This document shows positions 38,440 through 50,638 of a stretch of 64,000 bases of DNA, piece after piece; the stretch's first letter is position 1, and each line of letters starts with the position of its first letter. Position numbers and translations under genes: made by a program. Source of the DNA: Eledone cirrhosa. Its lineage: Eukaryota. The stretch is from the NCBI GenBank assembly GCA_964016885.1, contig OZ024742.1, forward strand, positions 339,574,001-339,638,000. The letters are read 5' to 3'. The notes under the pieces are model-generated. The model saw nothing but the letters and a program-made list of their open reading frames with translations. It was not told the origin of the DNA and made no database searches.

Positions 38440-41400
38440 ATGTCAAATGTGAGGTAGCACAAGTGATAAGATGCTCTCTGAAGCAAAGGAGTTCATCATT
38501 TTCGGTGAAAATGGTGGATTTCAAATAAACTCACCCCCCAGTAATTCGTCTTGAAACACTTCGAAGGACAGTTACCTTCAGAACTGTTTGAAATGAAACA
38601 AAAAGACCAACATTCTTCAGTCAAGGGGAAATCGAGGCAACTTTGAAGGAGATATTGCCAAACATTGACTTTATATAGAGGGCCAAACAGTATAGGAGTA
38701 TTTCGGTGCTCCTTAAAAGCGAGGCGCTCGCACAAAAATATTCAGTGACACCAATACTGTAAAAAAAATACACCTTTTTCCCTACAAACCTGGGAAAAAG
38801 GACTCAGAAAATCAGAATTGCAAACACACCATCAAATATTACTATTTGGTGGATATTGGCAGGTTTTTTAGAGGAGGGACAAGACACCAGTTTCTCCATC
38901 AAGAAGTCAACCAGACACACGTTGTCTGGTACAAATTTGGAGATTCTGGTGCAAATGAGGCCGGAGAGAATCTCCAAAATACCCGAAAAAGTGCTGGTGG
39001 ACAACAACAGCCACATAAGAATTTCGGTTGAAGGAAGAAAACCACGCTGCTTTCGATGTAACAGCACAGCACATCTAAAGGCCTCCTGCCCTTTACAGAC
39101 ATATTTTAATAAAACAAGCTCCCCCCAAAATACTGTTACCAACACCAACACCAAAACAAACACGACCACCACCACAACGACAACAACAACACATAAAACA
39201 AGCAAACGCACCAAAACAAACAGCCACTCAACCAACAACAGCAGGAAAAACACAAACAACTACCCCGAAGGACACAGTCCCACCCCATCCCACTCCATCC
39301 AACACTGCCACAAACACACACACAAACACACCATCACCACACAACATACCCCTACCGCAAGCTACTGATTACGAATCATCGTCAGACAAGGCTACTTCTT
39401 CATCTCCAAGTGAAGATGAAGGACAGCCTCAAAAATCCAAAAAATAAAAAAGGCACCACAAAGCCACAAAAACAACAATCACCAACACAACACCAACACA
39501 TAACCACCGACACAAACAAAAACACAAACAACACCGCAATCAACCCCACCCCCTACCAGCAAAGCAAACACCAATACCACCCCAAACACAAGCACCCACC
39601 ATAAAAAGAAAACTCCCGGACAAACAACAAACTAAAACAACACAACAAAAACAGAAACAACAATACGCATACATCAACACAAACAACAAGAGTTTGATGG
39701 AGGTCATCTCCCAAAACCCCAAGGTGGAGACGGAGGGTAAAACTTTCGTTAAAGCTGAATCGTCTCCACACCTCAAACTAATAAGAGTTTCTATGGAAAC
39801 ATATAGCGAACTAAAAACAAAATTTTCGCAGAACGTGGGCGACCCCTGTCAAAAACCCATAAACCGCGTCCTGTTAAAATGTTTCTCCACCCCACCCAAC
39901 ACTCCACCAGCACACAAATGGAGATTGAACAACCCGATCTCCAGGAAACGAAAAGGTAAATGAACCTTTTCTTCCTTTTTCGCCAACTCTTCTCCACCAG
40001 CATGGCTAATTTACAAGTTGGAGGTGTGAATGTGCGTGTCCTAGGGATGCCCTGGAAACAGGGCCAACTTTTAAACGACTTTAGGTCACACGGTATGGAT
40101 GTGATAGCCATCACTGAGTCCAGGATTCACAACAGGCAGCAACTAACCCCCATCTTCAATGACTTTGAGATCTACGCATCTCTCTGTCAGCCAGGAGGTG
40201 GAGGGTGAGTGGCTGTCATGTTTCGGAAAAACCTGGACGTCGAAGGACAGCAAGTACACTTGAACCCGGAGGGTAGACGTGAACAGTGTTGGAGGTGGAG
40301 CCTTCAGGCTGGTGGCCGTTTATGCCCCGACTGAGCAATCGCGTCTAGAGTCTTATCTGGGAACGTCTAGCTCCTTGTTTTTAGTGGGGGACTGGAATGG
40401 CATCCTAGACGCACGATGGGACTATGTATGATCATGTCCCAGTAGAGGGGAGTGCTACAGCCTAAAAAGATTTAATCGGCCAATTCCCACTGGCCGATAG
40501 GTATCGACTAGATTTCCTGACTGCACCATAGTGGACGTGGACAAACCATAGCGGGACATCTAGATCGTATTTAGACAGGTTCTTTATTACAGAGAGGGAG
40601 AGAGACAAAAAGATGTTAAGCTGTCCACAAATACACATGGTTGCCTATTCAGACCGCAAAATAGTCATCTGCATAGTCAACCGTGATAGAATACATAGAC
40701 AAGGACCCGGATACTGGAAGCTGAACGTGTCGCTACCGACACGTAAAGCCTACAGTGAACGGATAAGTAGATTAGTTAAGCAACAATTGACGGGAGCCAT
40801 CGTCAACAACAGATGGTGGTACTCCCTCAAGAAAGCAATTAGAGTAGAGTCGATAGACTTTAGTAGAGAGTTAGCCTTAGAGAGAAACAAAACAGAAGCG
40901 GAACTAGTAGCCAAGGTAGAGGAGGTGCTTAGGAGTGGCAACGTAGCTAGGGTGCTAGCAACGAGAACGGCACTGGACCAGTTATCCGACGCGAAACACG
41001 AAGACTGCGTGGTCAGAAGTAAATCGCGTGCTCTAGGAAACGAGGGAGCGAAAGCGGTTAGCTGGGCCCGAGTGGCAGAGGCGAAAAGTGGCAACAAGTC
41101 CACGATTCGGTCTTTGAAAGACCAAAACGGACGCGTGCTACTTGACCCCAAGCGAATGTGCGCGGCGTTTCAGCGGCACTTTGCGCAACTGTTCGGGCAG
41201 AGTGGTGGTGCGTCGAACGGGGCAATGGACTTCGGTTCATAACTGGACGGCCTGCCGCGTCTCTCGAGCATGGACGCTGAGTTCTGCGAAAGACCGATCA
41301 CAACCACTGAGATACGGGACGCTCTGGGCCGCTGCGGGAAACGCAAGTCTCCCGGTCTAGATGGTCTACCCTATGAGTTTTACATAGGCATGCCGGACTT

Positions 41401-42857
41401 GCTCTCTGGCGTCCTCAAGCCGTCTACTGCAACTGGCAGCAGAATGGGAGAATTCCCAGTTCTGCAGGCGGGGGCGTAGTAACGCTGATCAGGAAAGACG
41501 AGAACAAGGGGGACGAACTAAGCAACTTTAGGCCCATAACTCTGCTCAACACAGAGTTAAAGATTTTGGCCAAGGTATTGGCAACGAGGTTGGTGCTTGT
41601 CGTCGAGAACTTGGTAGGGAAAGTGCAAACGTGTGCAAACCCGACCAGGTCCATACACGACAACCTCCATCTCATGCGATACATCATAGAGAGGGTGGGT
41701 GTAAACCAGGCTTTGGTGGGGCTCTGATCAATTTAGATCAGTCTAAGGCGTTCGATAGGGTCGACCATCGCTACTTGGAAGCGGTTCTCAAGGCGGCCGG
41801 TTTCGGACCCGTCGTCAGAGGCTGGATCGCCGCAATGCACACCAACATCTGCTCAATGGTCAAGGTGAACGGCTACCTATCGGAGTCATTCGCAATCACG
41901 CGTTCCATCCGACAGGGATGCCCTCACTCAGAAGTGGGCAGAGTGCAAACTATCCTTGAAAGGTCGAGCGAAGGTGGCGAACACTTTCATAGCGTCCGTT
42001 ATCTACTACCGCTTGACCGTCGTGCCTTGCCCCGTGAACACCTCACCAAGATGGAACGCATGCTCTTCCAGATCCTTTGGAAGAAGCAGGCTCCACTGGT
42101 GAGGAGATCCGTCTTCTCTTAGCACCTTTCCAATGGACGGCTGGGAATGCTGTGGCTGATGATGCGCAAGCATGCGCTGAGGCTACGGCATCTACAGGTA
42201 TTCCTCATCGACGTCCAACAGGTGTGGGCACCGTTTGTGAGACAGACCGTCCTGCACGCAATTATATACTGCTCGGGCGTAACCGACCTGTGGAACTATG
42301 CAGAACAACTGCTGTCGCGTATGGGACAAATCCAGTTGACTGCCGAGTCCATAGTAAGGATCAAACCGCCAACTTCTTTCAAAAACGAAAGAGAGGCGGT
42401 TTTCCTCTGTATAGTGGCTATGGTGAAAGAGGTTATATGGTGGACGAGATTGAGAGGACTGAGGACAGATGCCTTTCTCTCCGGACAACAACTCATTCCC
42501 TTCTTTAGGTACCACTTTAGAAGAAAAATCAGAGTGGAGAGAGAGGCACTGCACCCCAGTAAATTTACTGAAAGATGTGGCAAAAATGGCCCGAGTGATT
42601 GGGCCTTCTCTGTTTTAAACCTGTAGGTTGAAGAAGAGAGCAAAAGGAAGAAAGGATCACTTTCACTACACGCTCCTGAAGTTGAGGGTTGTTCTATCGA
42701 CGGGCTATTAAAATATCCATTTGTGGGGCCTCCTCCCTATTGGGGATTTCCATTGTTATATTTGTTTCTTTCATATTTTTACACGATTGTATGTAAAATC
42801 CCCGACATGTCTTTGTTTTGTTCCCTTTTCTTGTGCGCCCTTGTGGCTAATAAAGAA

Positions 42858-42860
<3 letters not shown>
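38440..42860 (+). mobile_element. Tx1/L1-group LINE copy A, decayed, with two internal ORF2 deletions
   Basis: ORF1 knuckle CFRCNSTAHLKASC. ORF2 ATG at 40002 with APE motifs (GVNVR, TESR, GDWN, LDRF) and RT LDQSKAFDRVDH/RQGCP. Deletions at ~41925 (removes YADD) and ~42245. AATAAA then (TCTA)n. The 5' boundary is uncertain. Confidence 0.92.
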
Positions 42861-42890
<30 letters not shown>

Positions 42891-43091
42891 GATAGAGTAA
42901 GACACGCTTCACATCGGCTCCGCTATTCCATCGGGATTTACCCTTACTATTGTAAGTACCGGATAAATTTTTCAGTGCAACACATTTGGAACACTAACCC
43001 CTGTTATTTAGGGAAACATTTTTGCATTTACCCCCTTTTTAGGGGGTAAAATAAATATCTATTTTTGCCGAAAAATTTCTTTCTTGGCAGC

Positions 43092-44930
43092 ATGGCGGAA
43101 AAGATGGCAGACATGTCTGCCATTAGCTCTGCCACGCCCCCCAAGTCTGAAGAACAAAAAATAATTACAACAAAATTAGACATTGAAACAAACAAAGAAA
43201 ATGAAAAAACAAATGTTAAGGAAAATGAGCAAACAGAAAAAAACAAACAGAAAATAATACAAATAACGACAGGGCAACTTTCGCCCAGAAAACAAAACAA
43301 TCCATTACATACACACCAATTGACCTAACTGCCGCCAGAGAAAAACTGGCCGAAGCAAAGAAACACATTGTTTTGGGGGAGAACGGAATGTTTTCCATTA
43401 ACTCCCCCCCCAGAATTCAAGAAAGCCAGAGCAGAAAACACAGTTCTATACAGAACTATACTGAACCAGACAAGAAAGCCAGCACAGCCCAGCCAAATGG
43501 AAATAGAGTTAGTCCTAAAAGACTATATGAAGAATATTCTCTTCATACGAAAGGACCGACTCTATGGCAGCATTTCGGTCCTAACAAGAGACAAAGAAAC
43601 GGCGGAGAAGCTTTCCCTAAGCCCACTCTCGTCGACAACATATAGCTTCTATCCCTCCTACATGGGTAGAAGAACACAGAGAGTAAAAGTAAAAACAATG
43701 CTGCCCACAATGGACTTCTGGTGGGCTATTGCTGGCTTCATTGATATGGGCGAAGACACTATGCTGTCAATGGGGAAGGCAACTGGAGATGCGTTCCTGG
43801 GAATGGGCCTCGACATACTAGTCCAAATGAGGCCCGAAAGAATAGCACAAATTCCGGTTCGCATCTGGCTGGATGACCTTACCCCAATAGACATAATTGT
43901 AGAGGGGAGAAGACCAGCATGCTATTTATGCATGGAAAGGGGACACGTTAAGGCTAACTGCCCGAAACGTATCCCCCAAAAAGGACTATTGCCCACACCC
44001 ACCACAAACAGTACACCAGCACCACCCACCTCCAAAAATACACTAATACCACACACAGCAAACAAAATACAGACACCACCAACCACAAACACAACACAAA
44101 CATCACCACCACCAGCACCAAACACAAGCACGACACAAAAATCACCACCACCAACCACAACACAAACATCACCACCACCATCACCAACCACAAGCACGAC
44201 ACAAACATTACCACCACCACCACCACAAAACCCATTCCAAACAAATAATAAAAAAAACAGTAACAAATCTACCCCTCCCGCAAAAAGAAAACAACCACAC
44301 AACACGTCCCTCCGACCTAGCGCTGAAGAGTTTCCCCCAACTTCTGAAGAAGAAGGAGGAGAAGCCTTCAGACAAGTTAAAAGAAAAAAAAGAAAACACA
44401 CACCCAGCACACCACAAATAACCCACACACAAACACCAACTCCAATCAAAAACACCCCACCCTCAACAAACAAAAATAAATCTGCGCCTCCCCTCTCCGA
44501 AACATTGACAGCATCACAAAAAAAGACGTTGCAATACACATATATAAATAAAGAAAATAAAAAAACTGGTTAAATTAATAAACAATAACCCTATGGTGCA
44601 GACCGAAGGGCCAAACTTTATCTCAACAGAGAACTTCACCCATTTAAAAATGATAAAGGTCCCTCTGGACCTTTATCGTTCCTTAAAAGAACAACTTAGA
44701 CGGGACGTGAGCCCCCCCCCTGTTTAAAACCGTTGAATCGCGTCCTCTTGAAAGATTTCCCCATAACCGCCCCTCTCCCTGACACAACTCCAAATACCCC
44801 AACCCCACCACACACGTGTACCCCCACACCACCAAAAAACATCCCTCCACCCAACACACCTGATGCCATGGAAATTACGCAACCCGGAGAGGTAAGTGCT
44901 TTTCTTTCTTCACTTTCAACACCAAAATAG
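43092..44930 (+). pseudogene. LINE ORF1 (gag-like CCHC knuckle + Pro/Thr-rich tail), frameshifted at homopolymer runs
   Basis: MAEKMAD start; CYLCMERGHVKANC; split over several frames. Confidence 0.85.
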
Positions 44931-47900
44931 ATCAATTGAGAGTTGGCTGTTTGAACGCGCGTGGCCTGGGCTCAGCTTGGAAGCAAGCAAAGCTTCTAAG
45001 TGACCTCAGGTCACAAAGTATAGATGTGATGGTTGTTTGCGAGAGTCGGATCAGCAGCGTGAGACAGCTGGCGCCCGCCTTCGATGACTTTGAGATGCAC
45101 GCATCTCTCTGTCAACCCGGAGGCGGGGGGGGGGGGAGTTGCCGTACTGCTGGATAAACGTCTGACTCTCGACGTACAGATTGTTCACTCGGACCCGGGG
45201 GGTCGATTACAGGTGCTGGACGTCGGAGGCGGTGAAGGCGGGGCTTTCAGACTGGTCGGTCTTTATGCTCCCTTCGGGGCGGAAAGGGCCGACTTCTTCC
45301 AGCGTCTGGAGACTTTTCTAGGAACGTCGCGTTCCCTGCTTTTAGTGGGGGACTGGAATGGAATCCTAGATGCGCGTTGGGACTATGCAGGGGCATGTCC
45401 CGATAGAGGGGGGTGTAGCAGCCTCAAGGGGTTACTCAATCGATTCGACCTGGTCGATAGATTTCGACTAGATTGTCCAACTGCGCCAACCTGGACCTGG
45501 GCAAACCGCAGTGGACAATCTAGATCGTACCTAGATAGGTTTTTGGTTAGGAGTAAGGATAGGGACGTATTTAGTTGTCCAGAACTGATCATGGTTGGCT
45601 ATTCAGATCACAAATTAGTGACCTGCGTGGTCAACCTTGATAGAATGCATAGACAGGGTCCCGGTTACTGGAAGATGAACTTGTCCTTACCGACAAAGAA
45701 AGATTACAGAAACCGGATTAGTAGCTTAGTTAAGATGCGGTTGACGGGAGCGATCGTCAACAGTAGGTGGTGGGTATCTCTAAAGAGAGAGATTAGAGTA
45801 AGTTCGATAGGTTACAGTAAGGAACTAACGGCGAATAGAAATAGGAAGGAAAGGAGTTAACAGATAAACTAGAAGAGGCGATTAGGAGCGGAGACGTAGC
45901 CAGAGTGTTAGCGACGAGAACGGCATTGAGCCAGTTCTTTGACGCGAAGCACGAAGGCTGCGTTGTGCTTTAGGAAACGAGGGGACCAAAGCTGTTAGCT
46001 GGGCCCGCGTGACAGAAGCCAAGAGTGGGATTAAATCCACCATTCGGTCTTTGCGAGACCAGGATGGACGGGTGATCCTTGAACCTGAGCGAATGTGCGA
46101 GACCTTTCAAAGGCACTTTGCTCGACTGTTCGGAGGTGGCGGGGGGCCGGACGGGGATGTGGACTTCGGTCCATACCTCGACGGTCTACCGCGTCTTTCG
46201 AGCGGCGAAGCGGAATGCTGCGAAAGGCCAATCACAGCCACTGAAATCGGGGAAGCGCTCAGCCAATGCAGCAGACGCAAATCCCCGGGTCTCGATGGTC
46301 TACCATACGAACTTTATTTAGCTATGCCGGTCTTGTTCTCCGAACTCCTCGAGGCTGTCTATTGCAACTGGCAACAGAACGGGAGAATTCCCTGTTCTGT
46401 GACCAAGGGCGTGGTCACGCTAGTGAGGAAGGACGAGAGCAAGGGGGACGACTTAAGTAACTTTAGGCCCATAACTCTGCTGAGTGCAGAGTTACAGATT
46501 TTGGCCAAGGTGTTGGCGAAGAGGTTGGCGCTTGTGGTGGGTGGTTTGGTGGGAGACGCGCAGACATGCGCTATCCCGTCCAGGTCCATTCACGACAACC
46601 TCCACCTCATGCGATACATCATAGAGAGGGTTGGCTACGGACCCGGCTTTGGTGGGGCCCTGATCAACTTGGATCAATCTAAGGCGTTCGATAGGGTCGA
46701 CCATGGTTACCTGGATGCGGTGCTAGCGGCGGCGGGCTTCGGACCCGTTTTCAGGGGCTGGATTTCTGCCATGCACAGTGGCAACATCTACTCTAGGATT
46801 AAAGTAAACGGCTACCTCTCGGAGCCGTTTCAAATCACCCGATCCATCAGACAGGGGTGCCCCCTCTCCTCCCTTCTGTACGTATTGACTCTCGAGCCAC
46901 TGCTGCGGAAGTTGGAGTTGCTGCGGGGCATACCCCTGGAACCGGGATTGCACAAAGCGGTCTCGGCCTATGCCGACGACGTAACAGTAATGGTGGCGGA
47001 CGCCTCGGAAATCGGGGCGATCGCCACCCTACTGGAGGAATACGAAAGGCTGACGGGGGCTAAGCTGAACCAGGACAAGTCAGTCGGTTTGCAACTCGGA
47101 ACGTGGAGGGGCAAACCGATGCCGTTAGACGGTGTCGTCGGGCGGTGGACGGAGGGCCCGGTGAAGCTGCTCGGGGTCTGGTTCGGACCGGACCTCCAGG
47201 TGGAGAAGAATTGGGGCGAGGTGACGAGCAGGGTGTTTGCGCTGACCCAGAAGTGGGCGAAGTGCAAACTATCACTGAAAGGTCGGGCGGAGGTGACGAA
47301 CGCTTACATAGCGTCCGTCATCTACTACCACCTGACCGTCGTGCCTTGCCCCAAGGAAAAGCTCACCATCATGGAACGCATGCTCTTCCAGTTCCTCTGG
47401 AAGAAGCGGCCTCCCATGGTGAGGAGATCCATCTGCTGCCAGCACCCTTCGAAAGGAGGGCTGGGTATGCCGTGGCTGTTGATGCGTAGGCACGCATTGA
47501 GGCTACGGCATCTACAGGTATTCCTCAACGGTCAGCCGGTGTGGGCCCCGTTTGTGAGGCGAGCCTTCCCACAGCTCGTCTCGCTCACCGAACTGCAATC
47601 CTGGGTGAAGCAAAGACCGAGAAAACTGGGCAACTGGCACACCGAGTGTGCCCAGGCGCTCACGGCTATCTGGCAAGCGGACCCGACTGTCAGTGGAGAA
47701 TCCACCTCGACATTCTATAGAGGGTTGGTGGCTAGCAGGGGCGACAACACCCTTGGAGAGTCGCTAGGCATGGAGGAGGACGAACTGGCCAGCCTGTTCG
47801 GTAGAACTTTCGGCCCGGGACCCATGGACAACTTCCAGAGGTCCCTAGCCTGGCAGTGTTACCGGGGGGCTCTGCTCGTTCGAGAAAAGCTCTACAGACA

Positions 47901-48351
47901 CGGGCGCCCGGGCAGGGATCCCGCGAAAAAGATCTGTCCCAGATGCGTGCGCGACGAGGAAACCGTTGCGCATGCACTGGTACACTGCCCGGGCGTTGCC
48001 GATCTGTGGGGCTACGTCGAACGACTGCTGTCGCGTGTGGCGCCGATTCGATTAACCGCCGAGTCTGTGGTGAACATCAAGCCGCCTCCTCCCTTCAGAA
48101 ATGAAGCAGAGGCGGTCTTTCTGTGCGTAATAGCCATGATGAAAGAGGTTGTGTGGTGGACGCGCCTGAAAGGTCTGAGGTCGGGTGACTTTCTCTCCGG
48201 CCATCACCTGGTTTACTTCTTCCGATACCACTTCGGAAGAAGAATCAGGATGGAGAGAGAAGTGCTTGGTCGCAGACAGTTTTATGAAAGGTGGGTGAAA
48301 GAAGCGAGAATGGCCCGTGTAAATGGGCCTTCTCTCTACATTGTTCTGTAG
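44927..48351 (+). pseudogene. LINE ORF2 (APE endonuclease, RT, zf-RVT) with frameshifts in the 5' third
   Basis: LNARG, CESR, GDWN, LDRF, SDH; SPGLDG, NFRPITLL, DQSKAFD, RQGCPLS, YADD; CPRC..H..HC. Confidence 0.93.
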
Positions 48352-48810
48352 GTGAAGAAGTGAAGAGGAAAGGGGGAGCGCCTCCTCTCTGGGCTTCCCC
48401 CGCGAAAAGAGTTGCACACTTTTCGGGGGTATGTGCAATCCCCAACACGCCCCCTCCCTTTTGAGGACTATTTATTGTTATATTATTATTGTTATTCCTT
48501 TTTTCTTTACTCGATTTATGTAAACTCCCCCACTGTGTAAATGTCCCCTTCTTTTGTGCCCTCGTTGCAAATAAATAGAAATTTATCTATCTATCTATCT
48601 ATCTATCTTGATAGAGTAAGACACGCTTCGCATCGGCTCCGCTATTCCATCGGTATTTACCCTTACTATTGTAAGTACCGGATAAATTTTTTAGTGCAAC
48701 ACATTTGGAACACTAACCCCTGTTATTTAGGGAAACATTTTTGCATTTACCCCCTTTTTAGGGGGTAAAATATATATCTATTTTTGCCGAAAAATTTCTT
48801 TCTTGGCAGC

Positions 48811-50638
48811 ATGGCGGAAAAGATGGCAGACATATCTGCCATTAGCTCTGCCACGCCCCCCAAGTCTGAAGAGCAAAAAATAATTACAACAAAATTAGAC
48901 ATTGAAACAAACAAACAAAATGAAAAAACAAATGTTAAGGAAAATGAGCAAACAGAAAACAAACAAACAGAAAATAATACAAATAACGACAGGGCAACTT
49001 TCGCCCAGAAAACAAAACAATCCATTACATACACACCAATTGACCTAACTGCCGCCAGAGAAAAACTGGCCGAAGCAAAGAAACACATTGTTTTGGGGGA
49101 GAACGGAATGTTTTCCATTAACTCCCCCCCAGAATTCAAGAAAGCCAGAGCAGAAAACACAGTTCTATACAGAACTATACTGAACCAGACAAGAAAGCCA
49201 GCACAGCCCAGCCAAATGGAAATAGAGTTAGTCCTAAAAGACTATATGAAGAATATTCTCTTCATACGAAAGGACCGACTCTATGGCAGCATTTCGGTCC
49301 TAACAAGAGACAAAGAAACGGCGGAGAAGCTTTCCCTAAGCCCACTCTCGTCGACAACATATAGCTTCTATCCCTCCTACATGGGTAGAAGAACACAGAG
49401 AGTAAAAGTAAAAACAATGCTGCCCACAATGGTGGGCTATTGCTGGCTTCATTGATATGGGCGAAGACACTATGCTGTCAATGGGGAAGGCAACTGGAGA
49501 TGCGTTCCTGGGAATGGGCCTCGACATACTAGTCCAAATGAGGCCCGAAAGAATAGCACAAATCCCGGATCGCATCTGGCTGGATGACCTTACCCCAATA
49601 GACATAATTGTAGAGGGGAGAAGACCAGCATGCTATTTATGCATGGAAAGGGGACACGTTAAGGCTAACTGCCCGAAACGTATCCCCCAAAAAGGACTAT
49701 TGCCCACACCCACCACAAACAGTACACCAGCACCACCCACCTCCAAAAATACACTAATACCACACACAGCAAACAAAATACAGACACCACCAACCACAAA
49801 CACAACACAAACATCACCACCACCAGCACCAAACACAAGCACGACACAAAAATCACCACCACCAACCACAACACAAACATCACCACCACCATCACCAACC
49901 ACAAGCACGACACAAACATTACCACCACCACCACCACAAAACCCATTCCAAACAAATAATAAAAAAAACAGTAACAAATCTACCCCTCCCGCAAAAAAAA
50001 AACAACCACAAACACGTCCCTCCGACCTAGCGCTGAAGAGTTTCCCCCAACTTCTGAAGAAGAAGGAGGAGAAGCCTTCAGACAAGTTAAAAGAAAAAAA
50101 AGAAAACACACACCCAGCACACCACAAATAACCCACACACAAACACCAACTCCAATCAAAAACACCCCACCCTCAACAAACAAAAATAAATCTGCGCCTC
50201 CCCTCTCCGAAACATTGACAGCATCACAAAAAAAGACGTTGCAATACACATATATAAATAAAGAAAATAAAAAAACTGGTTAAATTAATAAACAATAACC
50301 CTATGGTGCAGACCGAAGGGCCAAACTTTATCTCAACAGAGAACTTCACCCATTTAAAAATGATAAAGGTCCCTCTGGACCTTTATCGTTCCTTAAAAGA
50401 ACAATTTAGACGGGACGTGAGCCCCCCCTGTTTAAAACCGTTGAATCGCGTCCTCTTGAAAGATTTCCCCATAACCGCCCCTCTCCCTGACACAACTCCA
50501 AATACCCCAACCCCACCACACACGTGTACCCCCACACCACCAAAAAACATCCCTCCACCCAACACCCCTGATGCCATGGAAATTACGCAACCCGGAGAGG
50601 TAAGTGCTTTTCTTTCTTCACTTTCAACACCAAAATAG
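48811..50638 (+). pseudogene. LINE ORF1, frameshifted
   Basis: As in copy B, with a private 8-bp deletion at ~49432. Confidence 0.85.

Larger units (their letters stand above)
42890..48583 (+). mobile_element. Full-length Tx1/L1-group LINE copy B (~5.7 kb)
   Basis: 5'UTR, ORF1, ORF2 (APE-RT-CCHC), 3'UTR with AATAAA; (TATC)n on both sides. Confidence 0.96.

Noticed and set aside
42890-42960. U2 snRNA target or HDV-like ribozyme at the LINE 5' end
   Set aside because: No convincing U2 match, and I could not build a nested double pseudoknot by eye; it would need a covariance-model search.
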